From Candidatus Undinarchaeota archaeon (GTDB lineage: Archaea; SpSt-1190; JASMDC01): 64,000 nt of DNA. This document shows, piece by piece, positions 47,764 through 56,614 of the stretch (position 1 is its first letter; every line of letters starts with the position of its first letter). The stretch spans positions 32,001 through 96,000 of the forward strand of contig CAZFHY010000004.1 in NCBI GenBank assembly GCA_964519305.1, in the 5' to 3' direction. The notes under the pieces were generated by a model. It searched no databases and was not told the DNA's origin. It saw nothing but the letters and a program-made list of their open reading frames with translations. The translations under genes were made by a program, and so were the position numbers.

Positions 47764-47853
47764 CGGGATGCGGGCGGTGCCACATGCTTAAATGTATTCA
47801 CCCGGAGAGTTTAACCGAAATATTTAAATAGCAAGATTGTATTATTACTACTA

Positions 47854-49122
47854 TTGAGTAGTGATGTTGGTGAGCTGCGTGAGCTCCTTGGCTCCGTCAT
47901 CGCTTCATACTTCGAGGACACACCAGCGGCGGCACTACCGGACAACGCTCCGGATTATCTCAATGATGTGGCATCTTCTTCGTCGGCAAAGGAGGCCGTT
48001 AACACTCTCGCGAAGCACATGGAGGAGGTCTATAATGACCTGGGTTCATTCTCTGTCCGCTCAAGGGACACCCTTCTCGACGTCGGTGGAAGTTCGCTCG
48101 GCGTGTACCACATCAACGAACACGAACGCGACGATGCCCGCGGTATCGATGTCTACGAAGTGGCGACCCTGGCTGAGAGCGATGGACGACAGGGCACGAC
48201 CGGTCTCACAGAACGCCACCCTGACGGCACGACCGTTCTCATCAAAGATGATTCTCTGATCGATCAAGGCATGACCAACTACAAGGAACGGGACATAATC
48301 GAATCGACCCACCTGCCGGAAAAATTCGTCCAGAAGGTTAATAATGCGATTACTGGCCTCCACCGGGATGACGTGAGCCGGGACGAGTACAAGGCCGCGA
48401 CCCGGTACCACGAGCTCGGTCATGCTGACCTCGTGGCGGGTCTTGATGCCACTACGGCGAACGAGTTCCTGCGCAGCTACGAGGATATCGGACTGAGCGA
48501 AGCTTACGCTACGGTAAAAGGTCTTGAGCTCGCGGAACGTGACGGTGCTGGTCAAAACGTTCGCTCGCTCCTCGTCCGGGACCTGCTGCAGTGGACGACC
48601 ACTGTGAAGGAAGGCTTTACCTGCCCCTATGCAAAGGCCGCGTTCCACGTGCTCAACCGCTTCGATAAAGCGTACGGGATCGACAAGATACCCGACCACT
48701 TAGATGATATCGCCCGCGATGCAGGAACGCTCGCAAAAGAGCTGGGCGGGATAGCACGACAGCGCATGGACGGCTCCCTCTCATGGAAGGAGCTTGAACG
48801 GACGTACGAGAAGGACGAGAACGAGCTCACGGGACAGAACCGTTATGTTCTTGATGACGGTCTGGCCGAGCGGGACCCGAAGGCCATGCTGACATACATC
48901 GCGGAGAACGCCCCCGAGCGACTGCCCAATCCCCTCTACCAGCCCATAACACCCCAATCCCTTCAACAGGCGCTCCACACATTCCAGCACAACGTGACGT
49001 TCAACGTGTTCTACATGGAGGGCGAGGAGGTTCAGAAGGCCACGGCGGTCGACGCCGGGACCTTCGACGCCTACTTCATGCGCGACGCGGAGGGGCAGCT
49101 CTACTACATGCCCATGGGATAG
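47854..49122 (+). CDS. Hypothetical protein with HExxH+E (gluzincin-like) motif
   Basis: YHELGH...SEAYA; TATTTAAATA box about 25 nt upstream. Confidence 0.6.
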   Translation: MSSDVGELRELLGSVIASYFEDTPAAALPDNAPDYLNDVASSSSAKEAVNTLAKHMEEVYNDLGSFSVRSRDTLLDVGGSSLGVYHINEHERDDARGIDVYEVATLAESDGRQGTTGLTERHPDGTTVLIKDDSLIDQGMTNYKERDIIESTHLPEKFVQKVNNAITGLHRDDVSRDEYKAATRYHELGHADLVAGLDATTANEFLRSYEDIGLSEAYATVKGLELAERDGAGQNVRSLLVRDLLQWTTTVKEGFTCPYAKAAFHVLNRFDKAYGIDKIPDHLDDIARDAGTLAKELGGIARQRMDGSLSWKELERTYEKDENELTGQNRYVLDDGLAERDPKAMLTYIAENAPERLPNPLYQPITPQSLQQALHTFQHNVTFNVFYMEGEEVQKATAVDAGTFDAYFMRDAEGQLYYMPMG

Positions 49123-49170
49123 GTTCGAACGCCCATCGATATTTAAACACCCGCGCGCATCGGGCCGGAT

Positions 49171-49590
49171 ATGACCGTTCATGCCGAGGACTTCTCTATC
49201 GAGACCAAGGGGGCTGTCCACATAATCGATATCAGCGGCAAGGTCGCCGACATCGTACGCTCGTCCGGACTGGACGATGGTATAGTATGTGTGTTCGTTC
49301 CCGGATCCACCGGTGCTCTCACGACCATCGAGTACGAACCCGGTCTCCTCAAGGATATCCCACGGGCGCTCGAGGTAATAGCCCCACGAAAAGCGGATTA
49401 CGCACACCATATGACCTGGGGGGACGACAACGGCTCTTCCCACGTCAGGGCCGCCTTCCTTGGACCAAGCCTCACCATCCCATTCCGCAAGGGTGAGCTC
49501 GTTCTTGGTACATGGCAACAAGCTGTGTTCGTCGAACTTGATACCCGCTCCAGACGTCGAAGTCTCGTGTGTCAGGTCATCGGCGAATAG
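49171..49590 (+). CDS. yjbQ: YjbQ/UPF0047 family protein
   Basis: GSTGALTTIEYE, YAHH...DNGSSHVRA, LGTWQ, ELD. Confidence 0.93.
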   Translation: MTVHAEDFSIETKGAVHIIDISGKVADIVRSSGLDDGIVCVFVPGSTGALTTIEYEPGLLKDIPRALEVIAPRKADYAHHMTWGDDNGSSHVRAAFLGPSLTIPFRKGELVLGTWQQAVFVELDTRSRRRSLVCQVIGE

Positions 49591-49599
49591 ACCTGGACC

Positions 49600-51396
49600 C
49601 TATGCACAGCGTCTGAGCGCGAGCACACCATCCAGATGGCCAGCATGCACGCCTAATATGTAGAGCGCTGTAATAACGAGGATAATCCACGGTTCGCTCC
49701 CGTATCGCTCCCACCATTGTTCCCTGACCTCAACGAGACCTTCAGCGGCCAGTAGGAGGAGGACCGGGTAGATGAACAATAGATGCCTGTGGGAGGTGCA
49801 GTAGGCGATGGGGACCCTGTGTACCGCCAGGAATATGGATATGACAAGCGGGAAGGCGACGAGCGATATCGCAGTGCCTGGGCTCCGTCGGCGAAGGGAT
49901 AGCACACCGACCATGGCAAGGAGAGTGAGGAGAGAGGCGTGGTGGTCTCCACCGAACAAGTAGTACACCATCCAGGCCGTGTTGGTGGCTACATAGTCGG
50001 GGGTAAGGACCATGCCACCAAGGATGGGGGTCTCTCCCAGCCACAGCATGGCGTCGAGTATCAGAAGGAGGGCGGGGATGACACTGGCCAGGAAGAGGAA
50101 TGCAAGTGGCCCGCGCTGCTCTTGCGGTCGCAGGTCGCAGGAAAGAAGTAGGAACACCAGCCAGAGCGGTATAAGAACGAGCATAGCCCTGATAGTGAAC
50201 AACGTCATACCTAGTGCGGCAGCGGCAGCGTAAAGGTGGGTTCGGGAACGCAAGCGGCCCCCTCGCACAGCGAAAAGGAGCGATATGGTCAGGAACACCA
50301 TGGCAAGGCCGTCGCGACGCACGGCCATACCATAGAGCAGGTCGAGCGGGAGCGTGGCAAGGAAAAAAGAGGCCACGAGCCCGGCCCGAGGGCTAAGAAG
50401 AGCTGCCCCGAGCATACCAAGGACCAGGATGTGAAGCAACGAAACGGCAAGAGACACGGCCATACCGATCCCTTCAGCACCCCACGCAGCTAGTTCCGTT
50501 CCAACGGTAGCGTAAGCCAATGCGAGCACGTAGGAATGGCCCGAGCCCACTGCCCAAGTGATCGGTTCACCCGCGGCCAGAAGCTCGGCCCACCGGACGT
50601 TCCGAGCGTTGTTCAGCAGGAGAGCGTCATGGTACCGTGCACCGTATACCAGGCGCAGCCCAAGAGCAAGTACGAGGACAATGATCATGAGGACCCACCA
50701 GTCCGGTCCGAGGCCCCGGAACCAAGCAGAGTCACGCCGGACCGCAAGAACTGAGAGGAAGATGAGAAGCGTCAGGAGCACAGGGATAGCTGTAGCTTCG
50801 ATCCGTCGAAGGACCGAGGGTCGGGCCCGTTCATGAAAGTCAGTAGAGAAGTTATCCTGTGCAAGGTACGTCCGTCCCGATAGGCGGTAGGGTTCAAGGT
50901 CCAATGTCGAACCGGGCTCAAGAAAAGATGGTAGCCGGTAGGTGGCGTTGACGCCGGCGAGCCCCGTTCGTGGATCGGGGACCAGCCCTATCTCCACAAT
51001 AGATGTCGGACCCAGGTCGACTATGGGATCAATCTCTTGGATTAGCTCGAAGGCGCGTCCACGGGTGAACACCATATCTGATACATCTGATACAATACGG
51101 CCATCTGCTGGTCGCCAATGAAAGTTACGCCAGAACAGTAGCTGTCGGGTGACATTGAGGTATAGAGGTCGCACAGCCTGGTCGATGACCGGGAGAGTAT
51201 CCTCGCCGTAATAGGTCACCGTGGTCCGGAGCACGGTCGGCCGCCCGTGCTCGTCCAGGTCCATGACCCCCGAGATGGTGAAAGGGGATCCCTGGGATGT
51301 TGGCATGCGTCCTTCCAACGAGAGGAGTGAGAGTGCGTCGAACAGGAACACGCACGCCACGAGGAGGGCCATGAGGTGCCGGTCGTACCGGACCAT
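49600..51396 (-). CDS. GT-C (PMT-2-like) membrane glycosyltransferase with N-terminal extracellular domain, paralog 1
   Basis: LPLDLLY..AVRRD and HRHL.F.YP; paralogous to 51448..53232. Confidence 0.8.
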   Translation of the reverse strand: MVRYDRHLMALLVACVFLFDALSLLSLEGRMPTSQGSPFTISGVMDLDEHGRPTVLRTTVTYYGEDTLPVIDQAVRPLYLNVTRQLLFWRNFHWRPADGRIVSDVSDMVFTRGRAFELIQEIDPIVDLGPTSIVEIGLVPDPRTGLAGVNATYRLPSFLEPGSTLDLEPYRLSGRTYLAQDNFSTDFHERARPSVLRRIEATAIPVLLTLLIFLSVLAVRRDSAWFRGLGPDWWVLMIIVLVLALGLRLVYGARYHDALLLNNARNVRWAELLAAGEPITWAVGSGHSYVLALAYATVGTELAAWGAEGIGMAVSLAVSLLHILVLGMLGAALLSPRAGLVASFFLATLPLDLLYGMAVRRDGLAMVFLTISLLFAVRGGRLRSRTHLYAAAAALGMTLFTIRAMLVLIPLWLVFLLLSCDLRPQEQRGPLAFLFLASVIPALLLILDAMLWLGETPILGGMVLTPDYVATNTAWMVYYLFGGDHHASLLTLLAMVGVLSLRRRSPGTAISLVAFPLVISIFLAVHRVPIAYCTSHRHLLFIYPVLLLLAAEGLVEVREQWWERYGSEPWIILVITALYILGVHAGHLDGVLALRRCA

Positions 51397-51447
51397 TCAT
51401 CCCACAGGACCTTTTTTCTTTATAAAGGGACGCCCAGAAGTATGCTG

Positions 51448-53232
51448 TCATATACACCTTCTGAGTGCCAAGATACCTGCTAGATGAATCCAGTGGACAA
51501 TGGCCACATAGCAGGCCACGATAAGGAGCAGGAACCACGATTTCTCGCCGAAGCGCTCCCGACAGCGCCCCCACAACTCGGCAATACCCTCACTCGACAT
51601 CAGAAGGAGAGTCGGATAAAGGAACATCAGATGGCGGTGCTGGCTACAGTAAGCGATGGGTACACGATGAACTATGAAGAAGAGCGACAGCACAATTGGG
51701 AATGCAGCTACTGATACCGCTGCTCCTGTACCTCGACGTCTCAGGGAGAGCACACCCACCATGGCCAGAAGGGTGATGAGCGACGCATGGTGGTCGCCCC
51801 CGAACAGATAGTATATCATCCATCCTGCATTGGCCGTCAGGTATTCCGGAGTGAGTATCATCCCTCCCAGAACGGGTGTTTCGTCAACAAAGGCCATGGC
51901 CTCGAGCATGAGGGCTAGGGCGGGTAGGGCCGCGGCCAGGAGAAGGAAGACGAGCGGGGCCTTGAGCTTGCGGGGAGGAAGGTCGCATGCTAGAAGGAGG
52001 AAAGCTAACCATGGGACCAGAGTAACGAGGAGAGGTCTGATGGTGAACAAGGCCATCCCCATGGCCGCAGCACCCGCGTACAGGTGGGAGCGGGAGCTCG
52101 ACCGTGAACCACGCACCATGAGGAACAACGAGACGGTCATGAAGAGGCTAGCCAGCCCGTCCCGTCGGACCGCCGTGGCGTACAATAGATCGAGAGGAAG
52201 AGCAGTAAGAAGGGCTGCTGCGGCCAGGCCTGCGCGCGGGCTGAAGAACGCGGCACCGAGGAGACCGAGAGCGAGCACGTGGGCCAGCGATACGGTAAGT
52301 GACGCGGCCATGGCCGTCCCTTCGGCTCCCCAAGAAGATACACCCGTCCCGAAAGCGGCATACACGAGGGACAAGAAATAGGGATGGCCTGAACCGAAAG
52401 GCCAGAATACCGTCGATCCCCCCAATAAGTACTGAGCGAACCATGCGTTGCGCATATTATTGATCATATGTGTACGCTGGAACAGGTCCCCGTACCACAC
52501 ACGCAGAACGAGGGCGGCAAAGAGGATGATGACCATCGCGGTCCACCAGGACCTTCCAAGGGAACGGAACCATAGCATGTCCCGTCTAATGGACAGGACA
52601 AGTAGGACGAGCAGGAACATGAGCATGATAGGGACCGCCGTGCTCTCCACCTGCATCATCGATGTCGTGTTTCGCTGTTCCTCGGTGTGGATGGCGAAGT
52701 TGTCCTGCTCCAGATAGACTATGTCCTGCAAACGTGCTGAAGTGAGATCGATCGTGGTCCCATGCACGAGGGATGGAGGGAGGCGATACGTGGCGTTGAT
52801 GCTGGAGAATCCCGTTCGCGGATCGGGATCAAAGGAGACCGTCAGCACCATCGCACTATCCAATGCATGATCGTCCGGGACGTGAAGAACGTGCTCAATA
52901 ACATCCCCGTCCCTGTACATCGTGTCATTCACACCATTGAGCTTTCTCCAGCCGATCCTGTCGATGACCAATGGACGTATCGTGAAATTATAGGTGTAGA
53001 GCTGCAGCGTCTGGAAAAGGGCAGGAAGTTCCCCGTCCCCAGAGAATGATGATATGACACGGAAGGTGTCAATCCTTCCCTTTGCGTTCACGTCCCCATG
53101 GACGGCTAGGATCGAGAACGGTCTATCGCGAGGCTGAGGGAGACGAGGTTCCAGAGAGAGGATAGAGAGTACATCGAAGGCGAGGACAGAGAGGATGAGG
53201 GCGATTACCAAAGGCCCTACATAGCGCGACAT
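51448..53232 (-). CDS. GT-C (PMT-2-like) membrane glycosyltransferase with N-terminal extracellular domain, paralog 2
   Basis: Same motifs; shares YYLFGGDHHASL and HRVPIAYC with paralog 1. Confidence 0.8.
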   Translation of the reverse strand: MSRYVGPLVIALILSVLAFDVLSILSLEPRLPQPRDRPFSILAVHGDVNAKGRIDTFRVISSFSGDGELPALFQTLQLYTYNFTIRPLVIDRIGWRKLNGVNDTMYRDGDVIEHVLHVPDDHALDSAMVLTVSFDPDPRTGFSSINATYRLPPSLVHGTTIDLTSARLQDIVYLEQDNFAIHTEEQRNTTSMMQVESTAVPIMLMFLLVLLVLSIRRDMLWFRSLGRSWWTAMVIILFAALVLRVWYGDLFQRTHMINNMRNAWFAQYLLGGSTVFWPFGSGHPYFLSLVYAAFGTGVSSWGAEGTAMAASLTVSLAHVLALGLLGAAFFSPRAGLAAAALLTALPLDLLYATAVRRDGLASLFMTVSLFLMVRGSRSSSRSHLYAGAAAMGMALFTIRPLLVTLVPWLAFLLLACDLPPRKLKAPLVFLLLAAALPALALMLEAMAFVDETPVLGGMILTPEYLTANAGWMIYYLFGGDHHASLITLLAMVGVLSLRRRGTGAAVSVAAFPIVLSLFFIVHRVPIAYCSQHRHLMFLYPTLLLMSSEGIAELWGRCRERFGEKSWFLLLIVACYVAIVHWIHLAGILALRRCI

Positions 53233-53277
53233 GCGTGCCTCTATACGCCCTACACCTAATATAAGCTTAGAGAGCGC

Positions 53278-54522
53278 CTAGGACATAAGACCTGATTGTA
53301 AGGCCTTTTGGCATTCCTCGGCCTGTTCCCATTCAACAAGGAGGGTAAGCTCAGCTGTCGAAGTGTTCACCCCTATGAGCTGGCGCCCCTGCTCCTCGAG
53401 AAGGGTGCCGATGCGAGAGAGCATTGACGCTTTGTCCTGAAGGTCCTGAGCCGCCACTGTGATGAGCCCTATACCGCCCCGGGATGTGACCGCTTTGAGC
53501 AGGTCGTCTTCAACAACGAGTTCATGGAGGCAGGCCACCGCTGCGCGCTCCTTGGTCTCATCCACATAGAACGTGATGGAGTAGGTAGATGCCGAGATCG
53601 AGTAGATGGTGACGTCCGCCTCTGACAGCTGCTGGGAGAACATGTATAGGAGGCCACGGCGCTGGTCCATGCGGTCGCCTACAACGGTCACTGCTGCTTT
53701 CGGTTCCGAATCCAGCCCCACAAGGACACCTACACTTTCAAGCTCACCGGTTATCTTTGTACCCTTTATCATGATATCTCCCTTCTCGTTGTTCACTACC
53801 CTGATGACAGTCCCCTCCCGCTTGTACCTTAGGGAAAGGTGGTGCATGACGCGTGCCCCGTTCACTGCCAGGTCCCACAGTTCCTGGACAGTTATACAGT
53901 TCAGGATCTGCGCATCAGGGACCACGCGGGGATCGGCGGAGAGTATCCCGTCCACATCGGTCACGATAACGACCTCGTCGGCATGGAGCACGTTCCCCAT
54001 AAGGGACGCGCTTGTGTCCCCACCCCCACGGCCGATAGTGGTAATGCGGTTCGCTCCGTCGATACCTATGAATCCGGCCACGACAGGGATCTTCCCTTCC
54101 TCAAGCAACGGCAGCATGGTCTCCCGTGCACGGACCGCTGACTTGGCCAGGTCGGGCTTTGCACTCCCGGGGGTTGAGTCGGTGATAACGGGCCAGAGCG
54201 AGGTCTGAGGGTCCACTACTACGGGTTTTGCACCCAGAGAGTGAAGGGCGGCCGCGAACATACGTATCGAGATACGTTCGCCCATGGCCAGGATCTCGTC
54301 AAGATCCTCAGGTGCGGGGGTGCCCCCACAGGCCTCCTTCGCAATGGCCAGAAGACGGTTGGTGGAATCACCCATGGCCGATACCACGACCACGATACGG
54401 CTCCCGCGCTCGTAGTCCTGTACGATTGACTTCGCCGCACGAGCAATCTTCTCACCCGAAGCAACACTCGTGCCTCCGAACTTCACGACCTTTAGCAAAA
54501 TAACCGCCTTCGCGACCGACAC
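53278..54522 (-). CDS. lysC: Aspartate kinase with ACT domains
   Basis: KFGGTSV, VVVVSAMGDSTN, GE, TTIGRGGGDTSA, TDVDGILSADPR. Confidence 0.93.
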   Translation of the reverse strand: MSVAKAVILLKVVKFGGTSVASGEKIARAAKSIVQDYERGSRIVVVVSAMGDSTNRLLAIAKEACGGTPAPEDLDEILAMGERISIRMFAAALHSLGAKPVVVDPQTSLWPVITDSTPGSAKPDLAKSAVRARETMLPLLEEGKIPVVAGFIGIDGANRITTIGRGGGDTSASLMGNVLHADEVVIVTDVDGILSADPRVVPDAQILNCITVQELWDLAVNGARVMHHLSLRYKREGTVIRVVNNEKGDIMIKGTKITGELESVGVLVGLDSEPKAAVTVVGDRMDQRRGLLYMFSQQLSEADVTIYSISASTYSITFYVDETKERAAVACLHELVVEDDLLKAVTSRGGIGLITVAAQDLQDKASMLSRIGTLLEEQGRQLIGVNTSTAELTLLVEWEQAEECQKALQSGLMS

Positions 54523-54608
54523 CGTGTAAGAGCGCCAGAGTCAGGTCCCCGGCGCCTGACTAAGCTATAAATTGTTTTCCCCCCTTATAAGGATTATAGG
54601 TGCCCGTG

Positions 54609-54785
54609 ATGATTCGCATCAAGACCTTCGGCGGCAGCTTGCTACCAGGCTCCAACGAGAAGACGCTCAGGGAATCGGAGGCATTCCTCAATTCGGTCAA
54701 GCGGGCCAATATCATCGATGTGAATTACTGCTATATCGGGACGTCAGGGACCCTCCGGGTCTTTCTGACGTACGACTCGCCTTGA
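54609..54785 (+). CDS. 58-aa small protein, tandem paralog 1
   Basis: MIRIKTFGGSLLPGSNEKTLRESEAFLNS...; paralog of the next gene. Confidence 0.75.
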   Translation: MIRIKTFGGSLLPGSNEKTLRESEAFLNSVKRANIIDVNYCYIGTSGTLRVFLTYDSP

Positions 54786-54809
54786 GAGCACTAACTAGAA
54801 GGTGGTACA

Positions 54810-54986
54810 ATGATCAAGATTAAAGGATTCGGCGGGAGCATACTCCCTGGTGCTAACGAGAAGTCACTAGCTGAAGCAGAGAAGTTCCTCAACAGCATAG
54901 GCCGAGAGAACATCATAGCCATCAGCTACAATTATATCGGTACGACCGGTACACTGCGTATCTTCATCACCTATAACGAAGAATAG
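54810..54986 (+). CDS. 58-aa small protein, tandem paralog 2 (not in the ORF track)
   Basis: MIKIKGFGGSILPGANEKSLAEAEKFLNSIGRENIIAISYNYIGTTGTLRIFITYNEE*; AGGTGG RBS. Confidence 0.8.
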   Translation: MIKIKGFGGSILPGANEKSLAEAEKFLNSIGRENIIAISYNYIGTTGTLRIFITYNEE

Positions 54987-55003
54987 GTGAAGGGGACTCG
55001 GTC

Positions 55004-55726
55004 CTACTCTATTGTCCGAAGGGTCTGGAGTATCTCGTCTAGGCTCCCCAGTCGAGATATCGCCAACGGTATTCGCTCGACCTCAGCCAGTTTTACCGCC
55101 ACCGGATCCTCGATGTCCGTTCCGTGGATCACAACGATGCTCGGTTTGAGGTTCGTCACCCTTATGGCCACCATAGGGGAGCGCCCCGTGGAGACGCGGG
55201 AGAACACGACCGCCCGCTGAGTGGTGGAACCATAGATACGGGCGAGCTCCAAGGGTGAGAACTCAAGGATGGCTTTGAGGCTATCCACCACGGTGTATCC
55301 GTAGAGCTCCCGGTCGATGAGCTCCTCGCAAGCGATGACATCCGCTTTGAGCTTGTCACAGAAGTCCATGGCATTGATCGGCGTCATCAACTCCCGGATA
55401 TCGTGCACGATCTCGCCCCAGCTCTCTCCTGTGAGTAGCGAACCGAACTTCGTGATCATAGGACCACCACGGTCCTCGTCCACGGCGAGCATCGTGTCTA
55501 CGATCCGGCGGACAACGTTGATGCCGGGAGACTTCCTACGTCCACCCTCATAGTCGCTAATCACCGAAGATGTGACCTCGAGGTTCTCTGCCAGCTCCTT
55601 CTGTGAGATCTTGAACTGCTCCCTCCACTTCCTGATAGTGGAGCCCGGTTGGTCAGAGAGCACTATCTCTCCCGCCATGAGCTTGGCGAGCTTCTGCTTG
55701 GAACCCATCCGACTTTGTGGCGACAT
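55004..55726 (-). CDS. Archaeal XRE-HTH transcriptional regulator (COG1709-type)
   Basis: AGEIVLS..PG.TIRKWR, SVISDYEGGRRKSPG, YTVVDS.KAI, VSTGRSPMVAIRV. Confidence 0.9.
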   Translation of the reverse strand: MSPQSRMGSKQKLAKLMAGEIVLSDQPGSTIRKWREQFKISQKELAENLEVTSSVISDYEGGRRKSPGINVVRRIVDTMLAVDEDRGGPMITKFGSLLTGESWGEIVHDIRELMTPINAMDFCDKLKADVIACEELIDRELYGYTVVDSLKAILEFSPLELARIYGSTTQRAVVFSRVSTGRSPMVAIRVTNLKPSIVVIHGTDIEDPVAVKLAEVERIPLAISRLGSLDEILQTLRTIE

Positions 55727-55828
55727 TCCCTCTTATTTAAGGTTGTCGTAGGCAGTGAGGAGGGTTGTCGAGTGAAAAGGCGACACTACCGAAAAATAGT
55801 TAAACTCGGAGCGTGTCTAATTCCGTTG

Positions 55829-56488
55829 ATGGGAGCTATAACCTATCATCTCACCCTAGGTTGCGGGAACGTGGACCAGCATACCAAGACCAAGGTTATG
55901 GACCTTATCCGCAATATATCCAATGCGCTCATGGGTGATGTATCCAAGAATCTTGACTTCCATCCTCCCGATCATCTGACGCTCACCTACTTCAATCCCT
56001 ACGGGGCAGAGATGAACCTCTACAGGCGCAGTCTTGACGACGGCACCCTGGCGGAGCTTTGCCAATGTTCGAAGATGGAGCTCTCCCTCCAGATGACGTG
56101 CAAGGAACGCGCACCCCGCGAGGTATCTGACTTCGATCCGGATGAGCACAGCGTGGTCAAGGTCCAGTTCCAGTACGATGCTGATGAGCACGGACCCAAT
56201 ACGTTCGACGTCCTCATTACTAAGGGATTCCCTGAGCCCCTCATCAATTACTTCGGGGGCACCATGCAGGTCAAGCACCCTGGTCTGGACTACCTAAACC
56301 GTGACATCTACGCCATCGTGAAGCTGGACAAGGTCAAGAACTACATGGTCGGTTTCGCCGGCAACTGGTTCGGCCCGACCTTCTTCATGCACTTCCTGAA
56401 GTGGACCAAGCACCGGTACGCTCCGGACCGTATCTACTTCAACATGTTCGGCCAGAAGTTCTCATTCCGCAGACTGCTGATGCCATAG
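55829..56488 (+). CDS. Hypothetical protein
   Basis: Open frame with typical codon usage; ATG 55829 after AGTTAAA. Confidence 0.65.
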   Translation: MGAITYHLTLGCGNVDQHTKTKVMDLIRNISNALMGDVSKNLDFHPPDHLTLTYFNPYGAEMNLYRRSLDDGTLAELCQCSKMELSLQMTCKERAPREVSDFDPDEHSVVKVQFQYDADEHGPNTFDVLITKGFPEPLINYFGGTMQVKHPGLDYLNRDIYAIVKLDKVKNYMVGFAGNWFGPTFFMHFLKWTKHRYAPDRIYFNMFGQKFSFRRLLMP

Positions 56489-56614
56489 GTCCTGCGATGC
56501 AGGTAAGCACGGCACTTTCCGGTTGAGCCCGAGCTCTGGATCGGCGGCAATTCCCAAGCTTAATAAAACAAGAAGCCAAAGCGTTGGATTGGTAGTTAGA
56601 GGTAGGTTTGTTGA

